Of a stretch of DNA of 64,000 bases, positions 8,247 through 18,500 are shown in pieces. The notes below the pieces were generated by a model. It saw only the letters and a program-made list of their open reading frames with translations. It ran no database searches and was not told where the DNA came from. Position 1 is the stretch's first letter. The number at the start of each line of letters is the position of its first letter. The translations under genes were made by a program, and so were the position numbers. This DNA is from an uncultured Victivallaceae bacterium (GTDB lineage: Bacteria > Verrucomicrobiota > Lentisphaeria > Victivallales > Victivallaceae), in NCBI GenBank assembly GCA_964512385.1, contig CAZEHZ010000001.1, forward strand, positions 60,963 through 124,962, in the 5' to 3' direction.

Positions 8247-9974
8247 ATGTCAGAGAGTGAAACAGGGGACAATCTTTCATTAAAAGCAATGCTTGTCCGT
8301 TTTATGATTATGTTGGGTGTTTCCGGTGCGGTGGGTGTTACCGGCTGTATGACCGGAGCGCTGGAGGTGCATCAAGCCACGGCCTGTTCAGTATTTATCG
8401 CCATTATTTTTGGTACGTTGTTTTTCTGGAACTTCCGTCTGGCGATAGCGTTTTTAGGTTTATCGGTACTAATCTTCACCAATTCGCTGAACATTGCCCG
8501 TTTTGTTACGTCGTCATCGCTGGAGGTAATTCTATTTTTGGTCGGCATGATGATTATCGTAGGGGCGTTGCGGGACCTGGGCTTTTTCACGTGGGTAGTG
8601 CAGTTAATTGTATCGATGCCGAAAATTTCGGGTAAAAAGTTCATTGCCTGCACCGCATTTGCCTCGGCGCTGTTAGCGTGTGCGGTGGATGAAGTAACCT
8701 CCATAATTTTCGTATCCACCTTGATTTTCCAAGTTTGCGACCGTTTGAAATTGAATCCATTGCCCTACATAATGATTTGTGTATTAGCCACTAACGTAGG
8801 CAGTGCCGGCACGATGATGGGTAATCCGGTGGGTATTTTCATCGGCACCAAGGCGGGCTTAACCTTTGGTGACTTTATGATTTGGGCATTTCCGATAATG
8901 ATTGCCGCATTGCTGGTCACGATAGCCTTAACCATGTTCTATTTCCGTAAAGACCTGCGGCGTTTTGACCTGCATTTGCAGGAGCGTTTAGCTAAAAACC
9001 TGTCGTTGGCGCCGGTGGTGGAAGTCCCGTACATGCAGGGAGTTATTCTGTTGGCGGTAACCATTTGCGTAATAGCGTCGCATCATCCGCTGGAACAGTT
9101 GTTTAATCTGGAAAAGAACAGTATTCTGTTGATTGCGCCGTTAATCTGTTCCGGCATTGTAATGATAATCAAGCATAACCGGGCCAGATATTATGTAGAA
9201 AAAGAGGTAGACTGGTGGACATTATTGTTCTTCATGCTGTTGTTTGCGGTAGCTGGCACGGTGCAATTCACCGGTGTAGACCGGGTAATGGCGAACTACT
9301 TTACCAGCGTGGCGGGTACTCAACATGCGGTATTGGTGCCGTTCATCTTAGGTGTATCGGCGGTAGGTTCAGCCTTTGTGGACAACGTAATTTTTGTCGC
9401 GGCGTTCTGTCCGGTAATTGAACAACTGGCGCAAACGTTAAAAGACCTGCCGTTGTGGTGGGCGTTGCTGTTCGGTGCGTGTCTGGGCGGCAATATCACC
9501 ATGATTGGCAGTACGGCAAACATTGTAGCGCTGGGGATGCTGGAACGTAAGAGTCATATCCATGTCAACTTTTTCCAGTGGCTGAAAATCGGAGCATTAT
9601 CGGCATTAGTGGCGGCGGCGATTGCGTGGGGCGGCATTATGCTGTTGTCGCCCTTGATGCCGGATCGTTATTCCGTGCTGGATGCGACGGCTTTTGAAGA
9701 GGGTAAAGGCTTGGATTTTAACCAAAAATTAGTTACCGTTACCGCCAGAGTGGTGGGCTTAACCGCCGACACGCCGTCTGCACCGAATCAGAAGTGGCAG
9801 TTAAAAATCGACGGCGACATTCATACCATTCCGATTACGGCGGAAACGGTAAAATCGCTAACCTTAAAACCCGGTGTCTGGGCGTTCCGCGGCACCATGA
9901 CCGGCAACCCGGAATCCGGCTATAATCTGGCCATAACTGAAGTTGTTCCACGAGACCATGCAAGGATGCATTAA
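8247..9974 (+). CDS. Ion-transporter superfamily permease (ArsB/NhaD/CitMHS-like) with about 110-aa soluble C-terminal extension
   Basis: 575 aa. Many TM helices, GSAGTMMGNPVGIFIG and GGNITMIGSTANIV-type hairpin motifs. The hydrophilic tail runs from about residue 465. SD GGAGG lies 6 nt upstream. Confidence 0.65.
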   Translation: MSESETGDNLSLKAMLVRFMIMLGVSGAVGVTGCMTGALEVHQATACSVFIAIIFGTLFFWNFRLAIAFLGLSVLIFTNSLNIARFVTSSSLEVILFLVGMMIIVGALRDLGFFTWVVQLIVSMPKISGKKFIACTAFASALLACAVDEVTSIIFVSTLIFQVCDRLKLNPLPYIMICVLATNVGSAGTMMGNPVGIFIGTKAGLTFGDFMIWAFPIMIAALLVTIALTMFYFRKDLRRFDLHLQERLAKNLSLAPVVEVPYMQGVILLAVTICVIASHHPLEQLFNLEKNSILLIAPLICSGIVMIIKHNRARYYVEKEVDWWTLLFFMLLFAVAGTVQFTGVDRVMANYFTSVAGTQHAVLVPFILGVSAVGSAFVDNVIFVAAFCPVIEQLAQTLKDLPLWWALLFGACLGGNITMIGSTANIVALGMLERKSHIHVNFFQWLKIGALSALVAAAIAWGGIMLLSPLMPDRYSVLDATAFEEGKGLDFNQKLVTVTARVVGLTADTPSAPNQKWQLKIDGDIHTIPITAETVKSLTLKPGVWAFRGTMTGNPESGYNLAITEVVPRDHARMH

Positions 9975-10782
9975 TAAATTGAATGAGTATCAATCAGAAA
10001 CCGTTCTGCGCAGTATCGGCATTGTCCATACTGCCGAGCGGTACCGTTACGAGGCGCCCCGCCAGGCGGTATTTGCGGCCAACACCGGCATAATCGAGTT
10101 GTTTGGCGGGCTGAATTTAGAAGCGGCCTTGACCGATTTAAGCGGCTTTGACCGGATTTGGGTAATTTTCAAATTCCATCTGAATCAAACGTGGAATCCA
10201 AAAGTTGCGCCGCCGGTAATCACGCCGCCGGGTCGTAAAGTGGGGGTATTGGCGAGTCGTTCGCCGCACCGCCCGAACCCGCTGGGGCTAAGCTGTGTGG
10301 AACTGGTAAAAATAGAGGGTTTAAAACTGCATATCCGGAACTTTGACCTGCTGGACGGCACGCCGGTTTTGGATATCAAGCCCTATATACCGAAAGCCGA
10401 CGCATTTCCAAACTCGCACGCCGGCTGGGTGGATGACACGGCGGCGGCCGTCTGGCAGTTAAATTACAGCGAATTATTCAGTCAGCAGAGTGATTTCATC
10501 TTCCGGCATTCAAGTTTGGATTTAATGAATTTCTGTCGGACTCAACTTAGCATAGAACCGCTGAATTTTCACCGTAAACGACTGCGCCAGCTCGCAGAAA
10601 CGGAATTTGAGATTGCCTGCCGCACCTGGCGGATTGAATTTGCCGTTGGCGAAAGTGGGCGTACAATCACCATAAAACGTATTAAATCCGGTTATTTACC
10701 TGAGGAATTGGCTCCGGAAGCCCCGGATCCATATGCGGATAAACAACTACATCGGGCGTTTATTGAATTATTTCAGCAATAA
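9958..10782 (+). CDS. trmO: tRNA (m6t6A37) methyltransferase TrmO/TsaA (YaeB family)
   Basis: Motifs SIGIVHT..., FDRIWVIFKFH, SRSPHRPNPLGLS.VELV and LLDGTPVLDIKPYIP. The ATG at 9958 overlaps the upstream permease by 17 nt; the 9943 codon is TTG. Confidence 0.85.
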   Translation: MQGCINKLNEYQSETVLRSIGIVHTAERYRYEAPRQAVFAANTGIIELFGGLNLEAALTDLSGFDRIWVIFKFHLNQTWNPKVAPPVITPPGRKVGVLASRSPHRPNPLGLSCVELVKIEGLKLHIRNFDLLDGTPVLDIKPYIPKADAFPNSHAGWVDDTAAAVWQLNYSELFSQQSDFIFRHSSLDLMNFCRTQLSIEPLNFHRKRLRQLAETEFEIACRTWRIEFAVGESGRTITIKRIKSGYLPEELAPEAPDPYADKQLHRAFIELFQQ

Positions 10783-10859
10783 TGAGTTGAAAAATGTGAA
10801 TTTTGATGATAGATTACAGCGTTTTAATTATTAATATAGATATTATCTAAGGCTGAAAA

Positions 10860-12308
10860 ATGGAAAATTTTGATGTAGCGATTATCGGGGCCGGGGTCTC
10901 CGGAGCGTCGGTGGCCTGGCAACTGTCTAAATACAACATAAAAGTGGCGTTAATTGAAAAATGCGTCGATGTCGGATTTGGGGTATCAAAGGCAAACAGC
11001 GGTATTATTCATGGTGGCTTTCACCATAGTTGTCAGCATACGTTAAAGGCCAAACTGGAAGTAAAAGGCAATCTGATGTTTGAGGCACTGCAATATCAGT
11101 TAAACTTCCCGTTTAAGCGCAACGGTATTCTGGTGGTGGCGTATTCGGATGAAGAGATGGAAACGGTGCGGATACTGTTCCGGCAGGGTAAAGCCAACGG
11201 AGTACGGAATTTGGAACTTTGCGGCCGGGATCGCCTGCTGCAGCTGGAACCAAAATTATCGCCCGATGTAGTGGGCGGCTTTTATGTGCCGAACGGCGGC
11301 ACGATAGAACCGTACCGTTATGTATTTGCTCTGGTGGAAGGTGCAATCCGGGCCGGAGTAAAGTTGTATACCTCTTTTGCATTAAATAAAGCGGTAAATA
11401 AAAACGGCAGTTGGGAATTGACGGCGGCGGACGGCCGCACCATTACCGCTACCTATGCGGTAAACGCCGCCGGACTGTTTGCGGACGATGTATCACGTAT
11501 TTTTCAGGCCGAAAATTTTAAAATCACCCCTCGAAAAGGCGAAGAATATTTGCTGGATCGTCATACCAAAGCGTCGGTAAAACGGGTAATTTTCCCGGTG
11601 CCGAGCAAGGTAAGTAAAGGTATTCTGGTTATTCCCACGGTGGAGGGTACGGTAATGATCGGGCCGACGGCGGAGATGACGGAAGATAAAAATGCGGTGG
11701 AAACCTCGGCCGGAAATCTGCAGAAAATTCTGGCGCAGGTAAAACACATGGTGGACGGCGTATCGGTAAATGACGTAATCACCTCATTTGCCGGAATGCG
11801 CCCCACGTTGCCGGGCGATGATTTTTATATTGACATGTCGCAATGCGCGCCACGCTTAGTGCAGGTGGCTGGCATCCAGTCGCCGGGGCTAACCGCAAGT
11901 CCGGCGATTGGCGAGTATGTAAAAGACTTGTTGAAGACCAACGGTTTAACGTTGGTGGAAAAAGCCGAACCGGAACCGGAACTGCCCTCGCCGCATGAAA
12001 TTCGTAATTTATCGGCGGCGGAGATTGATGAACTTTACCAGCAGAACCCGGCTTACGCCAGAGTGGTTTGCCGCTGTGAAAAAATCTCTGAAGCGGAAAT
12101 AGTGGAGGCGATCCATAAAGGACATACCACCGTAGACGGCATAAAATTTTATACCCGTGCCGGCATGGGGCGTTGTCAGGGCGGCTTCTGTACCGAACGG
12201 ATTATAAAGATTATCTGCCGTGAAACCGGCATGAGTCCGGAAGAAATAACCAAGCGCGGCGGCAAAAGCCAGTTAATCACCGGCAAGTTGTTTGAGGTGG
12301 AAAAATGA
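10860..12308 (+). CDS. FAD-dependent oxidoreductase, GlpA-like (anaerobic-type glycerol-3-phosphate dehydrogenase family) with BFD-like [2Fe-2S] domain
   Basis: N-terminal DVAIIGAGVSGASVA dinucleotide fold. C-terminal CRCEKISEAEIVEAI...GMGRCQGGFC BFD-like motif. Confidence 0.8.
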   Translation: MENFDVAIIGAGVSGASVAWQLSKYNIKVALIEKCVDVGFGVSKANSGIIHGGFHHSCQHTLKAKLEVKGNLMFEALQYQLNFPFKRNGILVVAYSDEEMETVRILFRQGKANGVRNLELCGRDRLLQLEPKLSPDVVGGFYVPNGGTIEPYRYVFALVEGAIRAGVKLYTSFALNKAVNKNGSWELTAADGRTITATYAVNAAGLFADDVSRIFQAENFKITPRKGEEYLLDRHTKASVKRVIFPVPSKVSKGILVIPTVEGTVMIGPTAEMTEDKNAVETSAGNLQKILAQVKHMVDGVSVNDVITSFAGMRPTLPGDDFYIDMSQCAPRLVQVAGIQSPGLTASPAIGEYVKDLLKTNGLTLVEKAEPEPELPSPHEIRNLSAAEIDELYQQNPAYARVVCRCEKISEAEIVEAIHKGHTTVDGIKFYTRAGMGRCQGGFCTERIIKIICRETGMSPEEITKRGGKSQLITGKLFEVEK

Positions 12309-13561
12309 TTGATTTACAATATGATGTCGTAATTATCGGAGCGGGAGCCGCAGGCTTGGCCACGGCGGAAGTAACGGCGGCGGCGGGGTGCTCCACACTG
12401 GTGGTGGATAGAGAAGAATACGCCGGCGGCGTCCTTTTGCAGTGTATTCATAACGGTTTTGGTCTGCACCATTTTAAGGCCGAATTAACCGGGCCGGAGT
12501 ACGCCGAACGCTTATGCAAACAGGCGGTTGCCGCCGGAGCGGAACTGTTGCTGAACACCACGGTAACAGATTTGCAGCAAACGGCCGACGGCAAAAAAGA
12601 ACTCACCTGCTTATCGGCGGAAAAAGGGGTAATCCGGATCAAGGCACAGGCGGTAATGCTGGCGATGGGCTGTCGGGAACGTAACCGTGGCAACGTCGGG
12701 ATACCGGGTTCCCGTCCGGCCGGAGTCTACACGGCGGGTCTGGCACAGCGGTTAATCAACATGTCCGGCCTGCTGCCGGGTAAACAGGCGGTAATAGTGG
12801 GTTCCGGCGACATCGGATTAATCATGGCCCGGCGGTTAAGCTGGAGCGGTATTCCGGTAAAAGCGGTAATTGAAATCCGGCCGTTTCCGTCGGGACTTAC
12901 CAGAAATATCGTGCAGTGCCTGAATGACTTCCATATTCCCTTGTACTTAGGCCACACGGTAAGCCGCATTAACGGGGCGGAACGGGTGGAGTCGGTCGAG
13001 GTATCGCCCTTAATCAACGGCGTGCCGGACAGCAGTCAAGCCTTTACGATTGAATGTGATACAATTTTATTGTCCGTAGGCTTACTGCCGGAAAATGAGT
13101 TATCCAAACGAGCCGGCATTGCCATCAATCCCACTACCGGCGGGCCGGTAACCGATGCGTGGCGGATGACGTCAGCCGACGGTGTTTTTGCCGGGGGCAA
13201 CGTACTGCATGTGCATGATTTGGCCGACTATGCCAGCGATGAAGCCGCCGTAGCCGGGCAGCATATTCTGGATTACTTAGCCGGCAAACGCCCCGGCAAA
13301 CAGGGTAAAGTATCCGCCGGAGCCAATCTGCGTTATGTTACGCCGAATTATTTTATTCCGGGCGAAGATATGCAGTTCTACATGCGCTCTATGGTGGTGG
13401 AGGATGATGCCGAACTGGTGATCGAGATGGACGGCAAGGTGATTCAGCGTAAAAAAATGCGTTACGTAAAACCGCCGGAAATGTTGAGTATAAAATTGGA
13501 TAAAAATCTCACCGCCGGGGGCGAAAATATTACGTTTTATTTGACTGGAGGCGAAAAATGA
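12305..13561 (+). CDS. NAD(P)/FAD-dependent pyridine nucleotide-disulfide oxidoreductase (partner subunit of the GlpA-like enzyme)
   Basis: Two Rossmann motifs (VVIIGAGAAGLA and AVIVGSGDIGLIMA). ATGA overlap with the upstream gene. Confidence 0.75.
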   Translation: MIDLQYDVVIIGAGAAGLATAEVTAAAGCSTLVVDREEYAGGVLLQCIHNGFGLHHFKAELTGPEYAERLCKQAVAAGAELLLNTTVTDLQQTADGKKELTCLSAEKGVIRIKAQAVMLAMGCRERNRGNVGIPGSRPAGVYTAGLAQRLINMSGLLPGKQAVIVGSGDIGLIMARRLSWSGIPVKAVIEIRPFPSGLTRNIVQCLNDFHIPLYLGHTVSRINGAERVESVEVSPLINGVPDSSQAFTIECDTILLSVGLLPENELSKRAGIAINPTTGGPVTDAWRMTSADGVFAGGNVLHVHDLADYASDEAAVAGQHILDYLAGKRPGKQGKVSAGANLRYVTPNYFIPGEDMQFYMRSMVVEDDAELVIEMDGKVIQRKKMRYVKPPEMLSIKLDKNLTAGGENITFYLTGGEK

Positions 13562-13917
13562 TGCGTGATTTAATTTGTATTTCCTGCCCGATGGGTTGTC
13601 ATTTAACGGCTGAACTCCAGCCGGATAATCAAGTTATCGTCAACGGCAATCGCTGTCCGCGCGGCAAAATCTATGCGTTTAATGAACTTACCGACCCGAA
13701 ACGGATGGTAACTGCCGTAATAAAGTCCAACTCAACGCAAGTCCCCTGCGTTCCGGTACGCACCAGTGCGGCAATTTCCACCGGAAAAATCCCGGAACTG
13801 CTAACGGCGTTGCGGCAAGTGGAAATTGCGGTGCCGATTGCGGCGGAGCAGGTAATTCTGGCTAACTTTCAAGATACCGGCGTAGATGTAATCTGCACCC
13901 GGTCAGTAGCGGAATAG
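13558..13917 (+). CDS. DUF1667-family small Cys-rich protein (third subunit of the oxidoreductase trio)
   Basis: 119 aa. CISCPMGCHL...NRCPRGKIYA motif. ATGA overlap with the upstream gene. Confidence 0.7.
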   Translation: MMRDLICISCPMGCHLTAELQPDNQVIVNGNRCPRGKIYAFNELTDPKRMVTAVIKSNSTQVPCVPVRTSAAISTGKIPELLTALRQVEIAVPIAAEQVILANFQDTGVDVICTRSVAE

Positions 13918-13928
13918 GGTTAAATCGC

Positions 13929-14759
13929 ATGACAGTAACGCTATCACAATTCTTTCTGGTTCTGGGGCTTACCACATTTGCCGGGTTAGCCACCGGGATT
14001 GGGGGATTGTTGGCGTTTTTCAGCAAACCGGGGAAAGACCACGGTAATTTTCTCTCGGCGTCATTAGGATTTTCCGGCGGCGTAATGGTCTTCATTTCGC
14101 TGGCGGAGTTGTTACCGCAGGCTCGCAGCGGCTTAGTGGCAAGCTATGGTGCGCCGCACGGCGGCATACTGGCGCTGCTGGCATTGGCGGCGGGGATGTT
14201 AATGACGGCGTTAATCGACAAATTGATTCCAGAAGTGGAGAACCCGCACCATGTACGGTCGGAAGCCGAATTCAATCATGCCGCCGAAGCCTCGGAACTG
14301 GAGCGTAAAAACTTAGGTCGTTCGGGCTTATTGTTTGCCTTGGCGATTGGCGTGCATAATTTTCCGGAAGGTCTGGCCACGTTTGCGGGCGGTTTAACAT
14401 CAATGGAGGTAGCGTTACCGCTCACCGGAGCGATTGCATTGCATAATATACCGGAAGGCATTGCGATTGCGGTGCCGATATTTTATGCCACCAACAGTCG
14501 TAAAAAGGCATTTCTGTATTCGTTATTATCGGGTTTGGCGGAACCGGTGGGGGCGTTAATCGGCTTTTTGATTTTACTGCCGTTTTTATCCATAACATTA
14601 TTATCAATTTTATTTGCCTTGGTTGCAGGGGTGATGATTTACATAACGTTTGACGAACTTCTGCCGATGGCGCAAACTTACGGAAAACATCATATTGCCT
14701 TAGCCGGCATATTATCAGGCATGTTATTCATGGGTCTCAGCATCGAATTCCTGCATTAG
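13929..14759 (+). CDS. zupT: ZIP-family zinc transporter ZupT
   Basis: Paired HNFPEGLA and HNIPEGIA motifs, multi-TM, 276 aa. Confidence 0.9.
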   Translation: MTVTLSQFFLVLGLTTFAGLATGIGGLLAFFSKPGKDHGNFLSASLGFSGGVMVFISLAELLPQARSGLVASYGAPHGGILALLALAAGMLMTALIDKLIPEVENPHHVRSEAEFNHAAEASELERKNLGRSGLLFALAIGVHNFPEGLATFAGGLTSMEVALPLTGAIALHNIPEGIAIAVPIFYATNSRKKAFLYSLLSGLAEPVGALIGFLILLPFLSITLLSILFALVAGVMIYITFDELLPMAQTYGKHHIALAGILSGMLFMGLSIEFLH

Positions 14760-14789
14760 CCGGCAATTAATTGTTTTGCTCAAATAAAA

Positions 14790-15239
14790 TCAGTTTTTCA
14801 AATTTTCTTTCTTAACCTTTAAAAAAAAGATATCATCTGAGTCTTTATCACGAGAAACCGCCAATTTTGAGGCCAGCAAATCATCTAAACAAAGATATTT
14901 TGCCGGAACGCCGTGATATTCATGTTCAACCGACTGTTGCTCAACCACGGCAAATTTTGGCAATCCGGGTGGTGAAAGATGAAACTGAATAACACCATAA
15001 CTGGTTTGAAATGTCTGTACAAACCCCTCCCCGGTAGCCGGATTGAGCGGTTCCAACTCCATATCCAATTCATCGGCTAAAGCGGCATTAATACGGGCAA
15101 AATTATCGAGATCAAATGGCGGCACAAAAATATCCCAGTCTAAAGTAAAACGCGGCATGCCCTCCTGAAGCATAGCCTGACCACCGATAACCACATATCG
15201 GACATTATTATCATTCAATTTTTTTAAGAGTTCTTCCAT
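14790..15239 (-). CDS. Small nucleotidyltransferase-fold protein (Pol-beta superfamily-like), possible toxin/antitoxin component
   Basis: 149 aa. N-terminal VRYVVIGGQAMLQEG...RFTLDWDIFV fits a GG...DxD minimal nucleotidyltransferase pattern. Lower G+C than the flanks. The family was not identified with certainty. Confidence 0.4.
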   Translation of the reverse strand: MEELLKKLNDNNVRYVVIGGQAMLQEGMPRFTLDWDIFVPPFDLDNFARINAALADELDMELEPLNPATGEGFVQTFQTSYGVIQFHLSPPGLPKFAVVEQQSVEHEYHGVPAKYLCLDDLLASKLAVSRDKDSDDIFFLKVKKENLKN

Positions 15240-15412
15240 TTCAGTCCGCCTTGTTTAGCGATTTCCTGTAAATACTCCCGTTTCCAGGCATTCATTTCCT
15301 CATAATTGCGAAATGACTTCTTGGAAAATTTGGGCAGATTGGTCGGCACCGGAAAATTCATTTCCGGCGGATGTTCCAACCAAAATCTAATTTTAGCTTC
15401 CCGAATATCCAT
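15224..15412 (-). CDS. 62-aa hypothetical protein, upstream partner overlapping the nucleotidyltransferase-like gene by 16 nt
   Basis: ORF with GAAAGGG SD-like sequence and a TTGACT-17-TAAAAG promoter-like element upstream. No recognisable motif. Confidence 0.4.
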   Translation of the reverse strand: MDIREAKIRFWLEHPPEMNFPVPTNLPKFSKKSFRNYEEMNAWKREYLQEIAKQGGLKWKNS

Positions 15413-15508
15413 AGTTGCCCTTTCAGCTTTTACATTATCGATTTAATATAGTCAATAACAAACAAAAATCAAGCCCGGAAAAAACTCGAATCCCGGTAAA
15501 TTCTCCCC

Positions 15509-18500
15509 TTAACATTTAAAACAATCATGAATCCGGCCGGAGTTGGTGTAAATCAGATACACTTTTACCATTGCGGCGTCCACTCCGGTGAGTTTGGCGG
15601 CGGCACGGCGGTAAAGTTGCATTTGCGACATATAGCGGTCGGAATGAATGGTCAAATCCGTGTCATCGGGCAGGTAATCACTCTTATAGTCGATAACTTC
15701 CACCCGGTCGATTTCACCGGATGGGGCCGTGTAAATATTCACCCGGTCAAAACGCCCGCTGATCCAACGGGAATCCAAGAGAATTTCAAACGGAGTTTCA
15801 CGCCATATTTGGTCGGCATCGGCATTCACTAAAGCGCAAATTTGCGGGTTGCTCTGCGCATTATACAGGTGCTTTTTTAAATATTTTGGGTAGTTTTCAG
15901 AAATTTTAAACGTTTTTAAGTCCAAAATATGGGCAAAAATTTCATGAATTTCGGTGCCGATTTGCGCCGAATCGGTGCCGGAAGGCAATTCCCACGCCTC
16001 CATAATGCCGGCGGCGTGTTCCGACGGCTCGGCACGTTGTAAGCGCCGTTGCCCGGCGGTGAACGTAATCGGCATGATATTATCCACCGTTTCAGCGGGC
16101 TTACCGCTTGGCGCATATTCCGCCACGACGGTTAAACTGCCCCAACTGCGAGTTATAACCTGCCATTCGGCAACCTCGGTTTCAGTGGCGGCAGAATCGA
16201 CTAAGACGGCGTCATACATAAAATCATTAACGTAGTAACTTTCGCCGGGTAAAGAACTTATAAATTCGCCTTCTAAAACGGCACGGCGTTTTTCCTTCTT
16301 TAACGGCGGCAGAATCACCACCGTGGCCAACCTTGCCCGGGTTAAAGCCACATAGTTCAAACACAAAGCTTCAAAAATCTGTTCATCATGCCGAATTTGT
16401 AAATCTCCGGCCAGTTCATTTACGGTGAACACCGCCGGACCGGGATTATATAACACGTACTCCGGCAAACAGTTATCCATTTTATTACCCCGTAAAACGC
16501 CATTAACTTTAGGGGCGTTTATATTTAATGCCATGCCCCCGCCGGGGGTAAGCATGGGGGCAAAAACCACATCAAACGTTAAACCTTTACTTTTATGAAT
16601 GGTCATCAATTTTATCGTACCTGGTAAAGCGGTTTCACGCCGTTTATAGGTACGCACAAAGTTACGGAATTTTATCGTGTCGCCGCCGGCTTCGGCATGG
16701 TCAAACGCTCTGGCCGCCTCTAACAACGTAGGTATATTCGGATTTCCGGCGGCGGAGTATTCCATATTTTCACCCGCAAAATTCAACACGCTTAAATTAT
16801 GCAATCTACTTAAGTAGTAACGAATTGTACCGTTTATACCGCACAATGCCAAACGCTGATTGGCTTGTTTTAAATCGTCCGACGTGTCAGGCAGTAACGG
16901 CTTCAGCACCTGATTCAGCTTAGCCGCAAACTGGCTTAGCGTGTCGCCCGGATGCTGAATATAAACCAGTAACGCCAATATTCCGGCAATCAACGGATCA
17001 GCCGCAATCGTTTCATCGCCCTCCCACACCAAACGGTCGGCCAGTTGCGGCATAATTTTGGTCAACTCTTCCTTCAGTTCAATGCCGGTTTTATTATTAC
17101 GGACCAGAATGGCACAGCTTAAATTATGTTCCACCACCTTCAACTCCGCAAGACGCACGGTGGTCATCTGAGCATAAGCTGATATGGGTGAACTATTTGC
17201 ACCTAATCTTTCATCAACCATCCCCAATACTTCAAAATATCCCGGCCGGGAGACCGCCGAATAATGCGGCTGCCAAATTGCATTCCATTCGGTTTGCACA
17301 TTTTCCGGCAAGCTGCCGTGCCGCATGGCAACACGCCCGAAACAGTGATTTAACGCATCACAAATTTCCTTACCATACCGATAGGAGAACGGTAAAAATG
17401 AGGGTTGCAGGCACATTTCTTCAGTTTCCTGCTTCATTAAATGCCGGTTGCCGCCGCGCCAGCCGTAAATTGCCTGTTTTACGTCGCCCACTAAATACAA
17501 CGAATTTTCGCCCGGCACTACGGTGTCGATAATGCGGTTCAACACCGCCAGCTGATCGGTGTTGGTATCTTGAAATTCATCCAACAGCCAATGACGCATT
17601 TGCGTGTTTAAGCGGAAGCCCACATCGGCCGCCCAGTCGTTAGCGGTATTATTCAGCAACCGGGGCAGATCGTCAAAACTCAGTTTACCCAATGTCAATA
17701 CCGCCCGGTCGTACTCCTGCAGAAACGCCGTCAGCAAATTACGCATCTCAAAGGTCAAATTGGCCGACTCCCGAATCCGCCATGCCGCACCCTCCAGCAA
17801 CAGTCGCTTTACGGCGGTTTGCAAATATTCATCTAATTTAGCCACAAACCCCAAATTTTTGATTTTCGGAAAATCCCGCCAGCAGTTTAACGCCGTTTTC
17901 AGTTTGTCCAACTCCGCCCGAACCAGACCGTTTTCGGCGGATAAATGCGCCGTTTTCAGCAACATTTCGCTGAAAATACGGGAACTTTCGCCCCCGGATT
18001 TACGGGAAATTACTTTTTCATACTCCGACGTATTCAAATAGTTGCGCCAAATTTCCTCGGCTTCGGCCACGGATAAACCGCAGGAATTTTCCGGCGGATA
18101 GTAGTTACGATATTTCCCCCACGGTGCCGCCGTGTCCGCCATATCACTGCAACTCAAAAGTTCGCCCAGCAACTCTTCGGCAAAGTCAAAGAACCGCTTT
18201 TTTTCCTGTCCGGCTAAAATTTCCCGACACGCCGCCGTAAATTCCGCACTGTCCACCTTTACCGTAAACAACCGCATTATCAACTGTTTATAACGCAAAT
18301 CCTTTTCCGAATCCGTCATTAACTCCGCCCGCCCCGGCAAGCCGAGTTCAAACGGATAGGACTGCACAATCTTATACATAAAACTGTCGATCGTGCCGCT
18401 GTTCAGCAAGGTCATATTGGCCGCTAAAATTTGCAGAATCCGGCTTAAACGCTCTGGCGTACACTCCGGCAACGTTACGTTTCCATACGCTTTCAACTCT

